Below, piece after piece: positions 50,769 to 64,000 of a stretch of 64,000 bases of DNA (the stretch's first letter is position 1; each line of letters starts with the position of its first letter). The stretch is taken from positions 6,944,001-7,008,000 of the forward strand of contig NC_043015.1 of NCBI RefSeq assembly GCF_006345805.1. The letters are read 5' to 3'. The stretch is from Octopus sinensis (taxonomy: Eukaryota). Below the pieces are notes generated by a model. That model ran no database searches and was not told where the DNA came from. It saw only the letters and a program-made list of their open reading frames with translations. Position numbers and translations under genes: made by a program.

Positions 50769-52149
50769 AACGTATCTCAATGATGTATTTGCACATATAT
50801 CTGTGTTAATGGATATATGTTCTTCATACAGAGGCTTGATGGTCGTATAAACAAGTATAATGTTACAATATGTAGCAAAAGATGCCTTTTACACAGAAAG
50901 GCGGTGCTTAAATGAAAAGAAACTAATGATTTTAAATGAATTTACACTTGAGCAGTACTAATGTATTACCTTAGGTGACCCTCATAAAAATGTATAAAAA
51001 TCAATTAGCAATGTTCATTAAGCTAGACTGTTGAAAATAAAATTATGGAGGGTGAGGAAAAACTGAAATAGACTATCAGATATAGCAGACTTAGTAAAGG
51101 TGATAATTATGGGCTTAGAAAGGAACAATATTTAATGTGAAAAGGTTGTTCGTGCAACCTCAAAGTCAATAAAAGCAAAACAAAATAAGAATTAATTACT
51201 AATTGGAGAAATGTTGGAAATAATGTGATGCGGAGGTAGGTTATCAACGTAAAGCTTTCAAATGCTAGCAAGAGAATACAGGATGCACTGTGCAGGATTA
51301 AGTAAGATTCAAACACCTTTATTCAGTGTGAGTGAAAAAAAGAGCCTATAAAGCAATTTTCATTAAGCAAGAATACAATAAAGAAAAATGATCAGAAACT
51401 ATCAAAATGTCAGGTTTGGAAAGTGTGAAAAGAGTAGAAAAAAATTAAATGTCTATCGTTGCATGGAGTGATAACACAAAGTGAAAAGGAAAGAAGAAAT
51501 AAAAAATGAATAGGAAAACAATGATTGAGAGATAGAAACAAAACGAAAATTGTTTCCAACAGCATCCACAAACCGAATTCATAATATGGCAGAGAAACAT
51601 AAAAGAAAAAAATATATATATATAATATAGATGGAAAGAAAATTCGGTGATATAGAGATATGATATATGTGTGGAATGAAAAAGAAACATGAATAGATTG
51701 AAGAAAATGTTTGGTACAGGGTCAAACAATTAAGAAAACATTTGACCATGGATGTACGTGATAAAAAAAAATTAAGCCGTGAAGAACATTTCTCTAACGA
51801 CCAAATAGAGATGAGTCTACGATACCGTATATTGCAGAAAAATACACTCCATAAATATCATGAGGATGAATAAAAAAGTGGTAGCTGGATTTTAACGAAA
51901 TCAGAATGTTAATGAAATCCTGAGGTAAGAATTGATACTTCATCTATATTTAACACGATGAAACAAGAAAGAAAGAAAGAAAGAAGGAAAGAATGATGGA
52001 AAGAAAGAAAAGAGACGCGGAAAAGTGAAATTTACCTTGGCAGAATGGTACTGATATCGAGCTAACAAAATGATGTTATTAAGTTTGCCAATTGATTTTA
52101 CCTTCTCTACGTTAGTAGGTAAACGAACAACGCCTGCTTACGTACACGC

Positions 52150-53215
52150 GCAAGACGGCAACCTTTCGGTTCTTTTCATTTGCAACAATGGAAGAAGGCA
52201 GATATCAAAGCGAGAAGAACCATGATACAAGTAGAAGTACAACACCAAGAGAAAGAAAGAAAGGCAAGTGTCGTGAAACTGGTGGTATCTCAGAGCGCCT
52301 CGAGTAAATGGGACCTCCCCAAAAGAAAGGTCACCATGGACAGATCTGTGGAAAATGGAACCTTTACATGTCACCCATCAGCTATGAGTGATGTATAAAA
52401 CACTCTCAACATTGGCAAACTTGCACAAATGGGATTTGGAAGGGAACCAACTGTGTAGAATTTGCGGAGAAAGCGGCACTCTGCCACATATCTCACCAGG
52501 ATGCAAAATAACAGTGACTCAAGGAAAATACATGTGGTGCCATGACAAGGTGTTTGCAATACTCCCTCACATCCGGGATCAGGAAAAGCCCAAGAAACAA
52601 TATCCACATGGGAAAATAACACTAGCAACAAAGCTTGCAAAAGAGGGGGAAAAGCAAGTGAGGACTTCAAAAGAACAAATTGTCCACTACACGGGGCCCA
52701 ATCATAGGATGGGAAAGTAGACAATGGGTAAAGATTGTAATCTGCACGACCCTGGGGTAAGATATAGTTTGTGATCTGAACAGGCAAAGAAAATAATCAT
52801 AATCGAGCTTACGTTTCCGTGGGAATTAGGGTTGGACCAAGCCTTTCAATTGAAGCGTGCCAAGTACTAGAGTTTTCTGCGGGATTGCAAGGAGAAGGGA
52901 TGGGGGAAATGGCAATTTCCAGTCGAGGTTGCCAGTAGGGGAAATCTCTGCAGTTTCAGTATTGAGGATGCGTACAGCCATTAGAATAGGAGGAAAAGTG
53001 TGAACGGTGGCTGTGCACAATATGGGAGATGTAGTAGGAACAGTCTCTAGCTTGTTATGGAGCAAGAGAGAGGAGATAAAATGGAACCCAGGAAGAGATG
53101 ATGAGCAGTGATCCGGACATCGCTCAAATGGGAGGCTGTTACATTTCAGGGTAGAAATACCAGATGATCTTTGAATACTAACTAAGGACATCAACTACTC
53201 CTGATCAGAGCTACA
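52150..53215 (+). mobile_element. Decayed HERO-like non-LTR retrotransposon C-terminus (CCHC + restriction-like endonuclease)
   Basis: LCRICGESGTLPHISPGC...WCHDKV (CCHC, RHD-like), DIV...KKIIIIELTFPWE...KRAKY...KGW...FPVEV (RLE), LLWSKR. Confidence 0.72.
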
Positions 53216-53669
53216 TTAAGTAAGGTGAACGGAAAATACGTATCTTTTAGGTGTTATCAATCACATATGTAACAGTAAATTTTATTGCAGACAAGGTTAG
53301 AAATTACTGGAATTAATGGACTGGAATATATCAAAAACCCGCATTTGAATATGACATGATATTCAATGATATCACGCGCTTAGATCTCTTTACGTGCTCA
53401 GGTCAAATACCTCATAGTCACATTTGAGGAAACGATTTATCCAATTGCATCAAACGGAGATGGTTCTGATTTACTGACTAACATTTCATAGATTATACCA
53501 TCTCATTTATATAGATATATCTTTATAGGTATGCATATTTCATATATGAAGACATACTTCTATAAATATATCATGTAGATGTAATTAGGTCTTCCAGCTA
53601 TTATCTATGCAAGTATATTGCTATAAACATTCTATATATGATATGTTTATATATGTTATATATATATAT

Positions 53670-53705
<36 letters not shown>

Positions 53706-55389
53706 TAGAGAGACAGAGAGAGAGAAGAGAGAGATTCTTACAGTTATAAGTGTATCTTAGATAAGGAACTCATATTAGAACTGCATAATATAAAATATGA
53801 TATAGCAATATATAAACACATGCTATCATAGGTATTGCTCTATTATAAATATTAAGTAATTACATTGTTATACCTGAAACAGGTATGTTATAACATATCC
53901 TAAGAGAATTAATGTTATTGTTACAAAGTTACAAAGAAATATGTGTATGTGTGTGTTTGTATGTATGTGTGTGTGTGTGGTTGTGTAAAGCCATATGATA
54001 ATTATAACATTTCTGAAATATAATGTGGCATCTGAATATATATTCTTTTACTTATAAATATATATAATATAAAGACATTGTTATAGTTATAAGGCTAACA
54101 TATGTGAAGACATACCGTGGTACTTATCTAAATTTCAAACACCTCCTATATGAAAACATATTGAGTCAATTAAAGGAAGCATATAATGTGTACAATGTGT
54201 GCGTAGCAATCGTACATGTTTAGATAATCTGAAATAATGTGTTATCAGCCTTCTTCATTATAATATCCTGCTATATTGCACGGTATAGTTTTCCACGTTA
54301 AACAACTACGTAGATATACATACATAAGCACAAGCTCGTACACGCACTCGCAGGCATATGCGTGTGTATATATATACACAGAGACACACCCAAACACATG
54401 TACAGAGTGAAGATGAGAGAATGCAGGAGAGAGTGAGAGCAGTAGAGAGAAAGGGGTATCTATATGCACACGCATATATAATATGCATATATGTGTATGC
54501 ACATTAGCAAATTTGAATATATATGCATATAAATCCATGAATGTGTGCGTGGGTGTCTTTGTATATATGTGTATGAATATCCATGTGTGTAAAGAAATTT
54601 GTACGTCTGCATGCGTATACTTGTCGTGTATGTATATATGTTCACAGCTTTGATGGTATGTGTGTGTTTGTATGTGTGTGCGGATTTATGTACGAGTTTC
54701 TGTGTGTGTGTTTGTGTAAGGATTCCATTATTAGAATATTAAATTCTCTGTTTGTGTCATTTCCTTTCCTCTTCCTACTCCTTCTCTCTTACATATATTT
54801 ACCGCCACTCTCACTGTCTCCCACCCTCTCACTTTTACTTCATTTTCCTCTCATCTCTTGAAAATACTCTTTATATCGCCTTATTATATCTTGTTTGCTC
54901 TCTCGCACTATTAAATATTCGAATGTGTGGGTAGTTTTGTTTGTCAGTGAAGTACTAGATGAAACAGGTTAAGAGATCCTTCACACGTCATTACATTCCC
55001 TTTCATCCACACCCATCGTTAACTTCGTTCTTAGAGAAATAATAAGCCTAAAGAAGCTATGCAAAAATATACTTGTATTTTCTATAAAAACAAATACACA
55101 TTAAATTTGACCTGATACCCTAACTAATTAAGATTAAGAGTAGATATACAGATAGACACGACACACAACCTACAAACATACACAGGAACACGCATACAAA
55201 CACGTGCATACATACATACATACATACATACATACATACATACATACATACATACTATATTGGTAAAAACGGTAAGATAACGAAAGAAAGAAAGAGACCT
55301 CAATATTATGTAAATAGAGGAAATTTATCTCTAAAATAATATATGACAATTATTCAAAAGCCAAGATAATAGCGTTTTTCAGGTGGCCA

Positions 55390-55450
55390 GATAACCGAAG
55401 AGATGGTGTTGTGGATTTCCACCTCGGTATCCGAAACTCAGAGTTTTATC
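55390..55450 (+). ncRNA. Type I hammerhead motif (U4->C in this copy)
   Basis: GATAA | CCGAAGA | GAT...GTGGA TT TCCAC...ATC C | GAA ACTCAGAGT T | TTATC. Confidence 0.6.
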
Positions 55451-55531
55451 TTGGCTATTGAATAATTGACACATATTTGGATCGTTAGCTCCTACACGCA
55501 TTTTTTTCTCTCTTTGTTTCTTTTCTGTGTA

Positions 55532-55569
55532 TCTTTCTGTCGAAGACCGTAGGCTCGAAACGTAAAAGA
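55532..55569 (+). ncRNA. Minimal hammerhead-like motif (non-canonical position 6)
   Basis: TCTTT | CTGTCGA A | GACC GTAG GCTC | GAA ACGT A | AAAGA. Confidence 0.5.
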
Positions 55570-56129
55570 CTTGTTTTATTTCTATTCCTGAGCGCCATAC
55601 TAATACAATTGTTTGTTTGTACTCCACGTGCCCTCGTCTTTTGTTTATTTTCGTAAACCTTCCCGTTATATATATATATATATATATATATATACTTAAA
55701 TGCATACATACATGAGCATATTTAGATATGCAAGTATATGCATGGGAATACATACATATAACAAATCATACAAATCTACACTATGCATACATACATACGT
55801 ACTACGTAAAAATACACCCTATTGTTGATGCTGAAATTCCAATGAATAAGCCTTGGATCTAGGTTAGAAACAGGTTCTTTCCCTTTTGGCATGAAATCTT
55901 GAAATAAAAGTGAATAATGGCATATATACAGGTATAATCAGCAATATACAGGTAATGCTAACATGAAGAAAGAGCATTGATTCATAATTTTTTGTTGCAG
56001 CAAAGTGTTGTGATACAAGAAAATCTATTTAATCATTCGATTCCCTGATAAGGGTCTACAAATATGTACCACAGTTAAACAAAGAATTAAAAAGCGAAAA
56101 GGAAATATGCCACCCAGTTTCTGTCTGCG

Positions 56130-56225
56130 AAATCTACTCACAAGGCTTTTGTCTATCCGATCCTACAGTAGAAGACACTTGCCGAAGGTACCACTCAATG
56201 GGACAGTACACGGAACCATGTGATT
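56130..56225 (-). mobile_element. SINE family C head fragment
   Basis: cacaaggctttt...cagtagaagacacttgccgaaggtaccac...ggaaccatgtg. Confidence 0.7.
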
Positions 56226-56254
56226 GATTTGAATTCCAATTTGGAAAAATGTCC

Positions 56255-56439
56255 AGCAATTTTTTAGGTGGGGTAAGTCGATTAGATTGGTTCCAGTGCT
56301 CAACGTGAGCTTTTTTCACTGACCCCGAAAGAATAAAAGATAAAGTCGACCTCGCCATAATTTGCTCTAAGAATGTAAAGACAGGTGAACTACCGCTATG
56401 CATTTCATCTAGCCTGGTAACCATTCTGTCAGCTCACCT

Positions 56440-56440
<1 letters not shown>
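56255..56440 (-). mobile_element. Decayed SINE A/B
   Basis: gaccccgaaagaataaaagataaagtcgacctcgcc...tctgtcagctcacc. Confidence 0.7.
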
Positions 56441-56476
<36 letters not shown>

Positions 56477-57349
56477 ATAGAGAGAGTGAGAGAGAAAAGA
56501 AAGACAGAAAGAAGGAAAGAAAAATAAAGGAGAGGGAGGGAGAGAGAGAAGAGGGTGTGTTTTTAAAGGGTTGTTTTTGTTTTTATGTAGTTTTTATTGT
56601 ATATTTATATCTATATGAGTTTTATTGTATATTTATGGTCCATAGTTTCACAGGTGTTTGAAGCTAACGACATTTCAAGTTGTCAATGTCGTTTTTCTAG
56701 AAACACCTGTTTCTGTTTCTTTTTCTCTGTAATACGTCTGTGTAGATGCGAGGAATGTATGGTCAATGAAATTTTGAGCGCTTGGTCAGAGGGAGAAAGA
56801 AAAAAAGAAAAGAGGTACAAAGGATAGAAAGAAAGAAAAAAGAAAGAGTGCTAGAAAGAACGACAGGAAGGAGGTCAAGAAAGAAAGATACAAAAAAAGA
56901 CAGGAAGAAATTTAAAAGAAAGCAGCGAGAAAGAAAGTGACAACGGGGAGCTTCTTTTAAATTGCATTGTATTCATATGTCTCGCTTGTTGAAGTTAATG
57001 ACAATCCAAGATGTCAATTGTCTTTTAGTCACTGTTTTGAGGCCATTGCTCTCTTTTCCTCCCCCTATCTCTCTCTCTCTCTCTCACTCTTATTATATAT
57101 AGTTTAACATGTGCGTACAAATACACATATACCCACATATATATATGCACGCAATACAGAGAAGACATAATACAATATGTATGGACATATACACATACGC
57201 ACGTACATCCATTCGCCTATCTACACACACGCTGACACACACATATATATGTAGTCAATATCTTCGATCTTTACTGTTCATCACAAATATAAACAAAATA
57301 TGTGTGTGGTATATATATATATATATATACCACACACAGAAATTCGAAC

Positions 57350-57394
<45 letters not shown>

Positions 57395-57411
57395 CCACAC
57401 ACAGAAATTCG

Positions 57412-57447
<36 letters not shown>

Positions 57448-57479
57448 ATATATATATATATATATATGTAGTTGAATTT

Positions 57480-57600
57480 ATAGAAAAACAAAGACGAAGA
57501 CAAGCGTAGGAAGCACAAGGAAGTGTATTAGTTTGACGCTCGGGAAAAATCCAAATGTTTTTTTACGTTTCGAGCCTACGCTCTTCAGCATGAATGAATA
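57480..57600 (-). mobile_element. PLE pLTR fragment with hammerhead-like motif
   Basis: Minus strand TGCTGAA GAGC GTAG GCTC GAAACGTA; homologous to 55532-55650. Confidence 0.6.
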
Positions 57601-57954
57601 AGCGAAAATGTAAAGAGAGAGAGAGAGAGAGAGATGCACATTCTTATACGCACACACACGCACAACACACATACAAGCCCTATTACAGTTTGCATATTAC
57701 TTGTGTGCGTTGTATAGGATTACCAACAACAATTCAAAGGTCGAAATACCTGTATCCTATACAAGGGTAACTCACTTCTCAACAGGATGCGATGAAAGGC
57801 TTCATCATCAGTATTGGAATGGTGATCACAGATATAGATGTCGGAATACGATATCGATTACAATTTATACTCATATACTGGTTTTCACCATTGGATTGGA
57901 TTGAAGCTATGCTGTGGTTCTTTGCCGCGTTTAGTCGATCAAATCAAACTGCAT

Positions 57955-58210
57955 AAGTATTCTATGTGTCGTAGTTACTGTATCAGAATTGTTTTCTCGA
58001 ACCGCTAAATTACTGGAACGCAAAAAGCCAGCATCAGCCGGTGAGAGATAAACATACACACACATGTATACAGACATCAGACCTACGCAGTTTCCGAAAA
58101 CGATATTTATTTACAAGGCTTGTATTCGTCTGGGGTTATAGTAGAAGACACAACACGACAACAGCAAATGTCTTCTACTATAATCCCAGGCAAATATATA
58201 CTGAAAGTCA
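57955..58210. mobile_element. Decayed SINE family C pieces in head-to-head orientation
   Basis: tatagtagaagaca ... tgtcttctactata. Confidence 0.55.
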
Positions 58211-59515
58211 TTCTGGTTTGAGCCCACGATAGTAAGACGTGATATCAGTGAGATTGGCTACCGGGTTTTGTGGATCAAACAGCCACCTAGATGCAAAATT
58301 GTCGAAGGCATTCCAACCGTGAAAATCATTTTATTTGTTCATCTAGGACTTCGTTATCCAATTTGTCCTTTTCCTTTTTGATTTGAAAAAAGTTAGCTGG
58401 ATATCTATAAAGGCAAATAAACGCTTTGCAATCTCAACTTTTGGCTCATCTCGCACTCATTTTATTCTCGATGTTGCAGGAAGAAAACACTCTCCTGTCT
58501 GACTGGCCAAAACACTTTTATTTAAAACAACCATTTCGTGTAGTACCAAACTGCAACTTAAATCATATTATAATTCACTGACGTAAGCAAGCATTTCACC
58601 GTAAAATTTATGAGTGTACCATTCTTGGTAGTGCTTTGATTAGGTCATCCTGCGGTAGCATACCACAATATAAACGATAAGAAGGCGACTTGGACTCAAA
58701 AAGGCATGAATTCCCGCCATCTATAAATATATGGCCTTGTGCCAAATTAAGAAGCCATTACTCTATTATTGCTTCTCAGAACTAACGATATATTAAATAT
58801 AATTGACTATTCTCTTTTTTCTTTTGTTGTTGGGAATCTTTATGGAATCCGATATATATTCAATTATATATACTCAAGAGTATAGCCAATTTGGAGAAAA
58901 TTTTATTTAATATCAATAGAAGGCAATAATAAAATCACATAACGGCCGGATTCATTTGGTTCAGTATCTTTCCTTCAAGTAACTTCACATTATATTTAAT
59001 TACTTGAAATGTGTTTCATCTATATGTAAATGTTATTATAATGTTACTATCATTAATATTATTTTATTGTTATTTATGATGTTTTCAACAGATTTATGCT
59101 AGCTTCTGCTGCCCTATCAAGTGAAAGTCAGTGCTTCTGAGGTGTGTTCTACCGCAATGTTTTTTGTGGCGTAGAATTGCGTTTCAATACAAATCAGGGT
59201 GATTTTTTTCAAGTGAGATTTGGTCTATTAATGCTAGCGTTATTTCCGTTATTTCATTGTAACATCTCTTGCACACAGAATATGCAAAGTAAATTGTATT
59301 TTGCTTTCGTGTATAGGAGGAATGTTTTCCGCATCTGTTTGATTGTTGCTGTTTTATATATGTTGTTATATGCAATTATGTAGAATGTGTTGGGCTTTAT
59401 TAATGTATGATAATGGTTTACAAAGTGTTAACGTATTGTGTATCGATTCTGTAAGATTATTGTTGCGTTCTATTAATACATGGCGATTGAGTTGACCATA
59501 ACATCTTAAAGTATA

Positions 59516-59856
59516 GGAGTAGGAGACCCCTTCGGTCATGAATGACCAAGGGATTGCACCTAGAAAGTTACCCTCCCAGGCACAAGTCAGGGCAAGATTG
59601 TTTGTGGAAAGCTAGCAGTCGCCCATGCATACAAGCCTCCCCTCTCCACACCACTGATATTATCCAAGGGAAAGCCAAAGGCCGATACAGCTTCGCACCA
59701 GTGATGTCGCAACTCATTTCTACAGCTGAGTTAACTCGAGTAACATGAAATAAAGTGTCTTGCTCAAGAACACAACAGACAGCCCGGTGAGGGAATCGAT
59801 CTCACAACCTCACGATCGTAAGCTCTACGCTCTGACCATTGAGCCACGCACCTTCA
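59516..59856 (-). mobile_element. tRNA-headed SINE (family G) with probable 14-bp TSD
   Basis: Minus head GTGAAGGTGCGTGGCTCAATGGTCAGAGCG...GATCGATTCC, central GTGTTCTTGAGCAAGACACTTTA; TSD catcttaaagtata (59502-59515) / cgtctcaaagtata (59857-59870). Confidence 0.82.
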
Positions 59857-60823
59857 CGTCTCAAAGTATACTTCACAACATTGGGTTATCACGTAAAGAT
59901 TATCTGGAGGCACAAACTTTTCAGAGAGAACATAATTTCCTTACTGTGTCTCTTAAAGAATTTATCTGTAATCATAAGAAAAAATATAGTGAAAATATAC
60001 ACGTAAGAAAATATTTCTATAATATAATTCTATGCATGAAAGGATATTTGCTCATGAGTTGCTCAACAATTATCAGCTTGACTGAGTTGGTTCTGTTTGC
60101 ATAGTTTATCTTCCATACTTGTGTATTTCACGGAAATGAATAACGTCAAATGGTTGCTATATATTGTAAAACAATTTTGACGACGATCCAATCTACTATC
60201 CATGGCGTACTCATCACTGTTTTGCTGTATTTTGCATCTTTTATCTTTACTTTTAATCATGTAGTAATAGCTTAAATGAACGAAGTGCTAGTCTGCTTGG
60301 TGTTTAGACGGCATGCAGTTACATCCATGATCTTGAATTCTCGTTGTGGAATTAGATATAAACAGCGAACAGTAACTCAATAATATAGTCTTTTAGAGAC
60401 AATTAAATTGTGAGAAAGTGTGCGATTTACTCAAATGAATAAATTTCGTTGATATTTTTTTATTTGCTAGAGTTATTTGAATCTCACAAATTTTTTAAAA
60501 ATTTACTTAAGTTGCAGGTTTTAAAACGTTTGATTCTGAATTTAGTATAAAATTCAAATACTTATAAATCTGACTTTACTAAGTTACGTTCGTTACTGTT
60601 TTAAATATGTTCCAGTTGTTTCCAAAATATTTATTTTGTAGTTTGTCGGACTGAAAATTACACCCACGCACTACGGATGGATGGATGGGTAAATCTGTGA
60701 AAAACGGACACGACGAAATACGATGTTGAAATAATTAGTGACTGAAGAACCATGCCGCACTAAAAAGAATCGGAACGTGAGTGGAAAAGTAGAAGCTGAA
60801 CAATCTTGCACAAAAAAGAGCAA

Positions 60824-60858
<35 letters not shown>

Positions 60859-61459
60859 GTGATAATAATAATATTTCGTTTTTGGATTTGGCTTGCAAGA
60901 TTCATGTGCATTCGTCTGTTGAAGCATATTCTGTTGTGTCTGGGGTGATTCATTCTCTTTTAGTGCCTTATTATTTAACACACTCACCGGTAAAATTTCC
61001 ACTTATTCCTTATTTTTTTACCTAAAATGTTCGTTGCGTCTTGCAACCTTTTAAATAGTCTTGACTCTGTTCGTTATTTACACTGCGTTCCTTTTTGCTT
61101 GTTTGTGCGTATGTGTGTAGGTCAGTGTGTGTGTCTGCCTAGGCATGTATGTATATATGTGTGTGTATGCATATGTATATATATATGTATATGTGTGCAT
61201 CTGTATGTATTCTGCGTTTGCCTGTCCCTGTTTGTGTATTTTTATGTATGTGTAAGTGTGTGTTTGTGTATGTATGCACCTGTCTCCTTGTGTGTGCATC
61301 TCGATATGTGTGGACACGTGTCTCCATATGTGTCCTTTGTGAAGTAAAGTGTGTGTGTGTGTATATATGGCCATGTGTGTATATAAGGTCATGTGTGTTA
61401 AATTATAAGGTGCAAAAAGAAAATGACTCTCCCCAGACACAACAGAATAATAATTATAT

Positions 61460-61500
<41 letters not shown>

Positions 61501-62899
61501 TAATTGAAAAAGTGTAACGAACAATTCTATTAATTTTCTTGTTGTTGCCCTTTGGATTCACTTCTGAACTTATACGTAAATTGTAGCGTCCTGTCTACAC
61601 AATGCGTAATGGATATTTGGTGAAAGAAATTAGGAAGCCTGTAATTTTTTAAAAAAGATTTCTTGAATACTACTAGATACCAGACATACCTCCTAGCCAG
61701 GCAAAACATTACCATGCTTCGAAATATTATTGAACTTTACGAAAGCACAAATTGAAACTTTTTCAAAAACGTCACAATTATTTTAAAGAACATCACACGA
61801 AGTCTCATACTGAATCAGAAATTTTATGAAGCCATACATTGGTTAAAACGTTTTATTGCCATCGGCTGTTAGACTCATACAAATTATCCACCGAAAACGC
61901 AAGCAGACGAAATAGAAAAATTCCACTGTCAAGTGATACAGTATGTAAAAAAAAAATGAAGAAAATTTCGTTTATGAATTAATATAGTATGAAAGTGCAG
62001 TAAAGTAGTATTAAAATTGGGATTCCGTTTAATGAAGTGACCGATATTTGAAATGTTGCTTAACTATTGGTAGTTGTTTATGAAAAAAATATATGCACGA
62101 GGATTGATTATCATTGAATGAACATTCAAAATATGAAAACACACTCCTCAATCGGGACCAATTTTAAGAAAAAGCACATAATTCAGTGCTACGAAATGAT
62201 GTAGGAGCTTACTGGGAAAAGGACATATTAAACTGACCTTACATATTCAATCAAAACTTGTTTGCATATTTAGTTTAAGGTTGATAAAATATATAGTCAA
62301 TGCATAATAGAGCATATAGAATTAATGGATGAAAAATTCTTCAAAACTAAATACATAAACTCAACAAGATATTATTAAGATTACATACTTCTTTCACAGT
62401 TACGCATTCTAGATATGTGGTCCCAATTCCAGAAAATCCTTGCTGCATAGAAAAGTGTGATGGCTGGAGGAGGGCCAATCACTGTGACATTAAGTAGACT
62501 TAAAATTGATGTAATGCTCCCACGAAAAGAAAAAAAAATAATGCATGTAGAATTCTTTTAGAAGAATGAACAATGCAATCCATCCTAATTGCTAGACATA
62601 ATTGACACATTAGGTTACAGCCTTAAAACTTGCACTCAGTGCGGAGTTTCGTGCTGGCTCCTGCGGAGGACTTATTGTGTCTTCGGCCTAAAACTAAACA
62701 GAACAATAATAATAAAGAATTTATTGGTACCCTAACAATATGATATGACCCTACCAATATGGTATTACTTGAAATTCAGCTTAACTGAGAAACTTGTAAG
62801 CACATAAATTTCTGGAGTTCTTTAAAATTGGAATTTTCAGCTATTAGCAAATGACAAATAGTCATCCCAACCTGATCCCAATGCTGAATATACAATGAT

Positions 62900-63030
62900 C
62901 AAATGAAGGGTAGATTTTCAAACCTGGGTTCACCATGATTCCAGAACGGTATATGTCTATGTAGAGCAAATGTAGATTGAGATATAGGGGTTCCGGATGG
63001 ACAGACGGACAGAATTTCTAGTTTATTATT
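62900..63030 (+). mobile_element. Possible decayed Helitron/HINE-type end
   Basis: ttccggatggacagacggacagaatttctagtttattattattgat resembles (GACA)n-containing rolling-circle element ends. Confidence 0.3.
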
Positions 63031-63569
63031 ATTGATGAAGCTTAATATGACTGTGGGGTGAGGTGACCATCATCTTCATTTTGAAACGTAAAACTGGAAG
63101 GTTCACGGAGAAATAATTATAAACTTGTTGCATTATTCAGTACAAAATGTTAGATTTTAAATTTTTTTATAAGCTAATATATATTCTGAGAAAAGAAATT
63201 GAATTTTAGTTTCAATTGAAAAATTTTGAATTGAGAATTTGATAATATATGGAAAACATTTCGATAAATGCCTTCTATCAGACATGAATTATTTTGAATT
63301 TGACAGAATCAACCCATGGTATGCTTCAAATATTGCAGAGGTATCATGTAAATTCAGTTTCAAACTTAAATTTTCAAAAACAATACGAGCGTTTTGCAGA
63401 TGAGGTTAAAATCAGTTTATACAATATTAACTGAATGAATAATTGAAGGTCATCTATTTTCTTTCAAATATATATGCAGCTCTCCATTTTCAATATTAAT
63501 TACTATACATAGAAAATAATTTTGTGGAGATGATTTCGAATTGTGTTTTATTATTAAATTATACATCCC

Positions 63570-63705
63570 ACCGTAGTCGATTTTTTTTTCTTTTACTCTC
63601 CAGGGTCAATAAAAAATGTAATAATTGTGTACTGGAAATGATATAATCGACTAGTTCCTCCAACCAAAATTTCAGGCCTTGCGCCTATAGTAGTAAGAAT
63701 TATTA
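63570..63705 (+). mobile_element. Decayed SINE family B 3' half
   Basis: ccagggtcaataaaaa...aatttcaggccttgcgcctatagtagtaagaattatt. Confidence 0.6.
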
Positions 63706-64000
63706 CATCATATATAGAGAAATCATTGTTTACATGTTACTCATTGTATATAACAGTTTTTACTGGCTGCTAAATATGTATTTTCAATTCAATTGCTGTT
63801 ACTTTATAGCGATTTCCCCGGGTTAGATATATATTTTTTTTCATATGAAATTTATGCTGGTCACTTCAGAGAACTTTTTCTGTTAATTTTTTTCTTTCTA
63901 CGCTCTGCAGTTGCTTAGCTCCCACTTTGGATTGAACCTGTAATTTAAAACGGGAAAACAATTGCATCTATTTTTCTGAAACTGATTTTTAGCTGATTTC

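Larger units (their letters stand above)
49300..52100 (+). mobile_element. Possible very decayed A-rich LINE (RTE-like), interrupted by SINEs
   Basis: Persistent A/purine strand bias and faint EN-like peptides; no intact motif. Confidence 0.25.
55260..55660 (+). mobile_element. Penelope-like pLTR remnant with two hammerhead motifs
   Basis: Two hammerhead geometries; 3' part homologous to the reverse complement of 57480-57600; flanked by (TACA)n and (TA)n. Confidence 0.6.

Overview
AT-rich, microsatellite-dense eukaryotic DNA, most likely octopus or another cephalopod (inferred from the repeat landscape, not proven). There is no complete host gene, rRNA, true tRNA or CRISPR array. Most listed ORFs are translations of simple repeats or antisense shadows. 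Mobile elements dominate. (i) A long 5'-truncated Tx1-clade LINE (62-3430, minus strand) and two further pieces of the family; the two larger copies are each bracketed on both sides by a microsatellite, (TATC)n or (TTA)n. (ii) A Penelope-like element (RT + GIY-YIG) framed by ~370-bp inverted repeats, each carrying a variant minimal hammerhead ribozyme, plus other PLE remnants with hammerhead motifs. (iii) Decayed HERO-like, R4/Dong-like and possibly RTE LINEs. (iv) Tc1 and maT-type transposase fragments. (v) A complete DINE-1/HINE-like Helentron derivative. (vi) At least five SINE-like families. The best leads are a tRNA-derived SINE whose 3' end matches the Tx1 LINE 3' end (candidate SINE-Tx1 partnership), apparent microsatellite targeting by two Tx1 subfamilies, and the hammerhead variants (a U3-A8 covariant core and a tandem pair). 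A few minus-strand host exons are plausible but unidentified. All alignments were made by eye, and boundaries of decayed elements are approximate.
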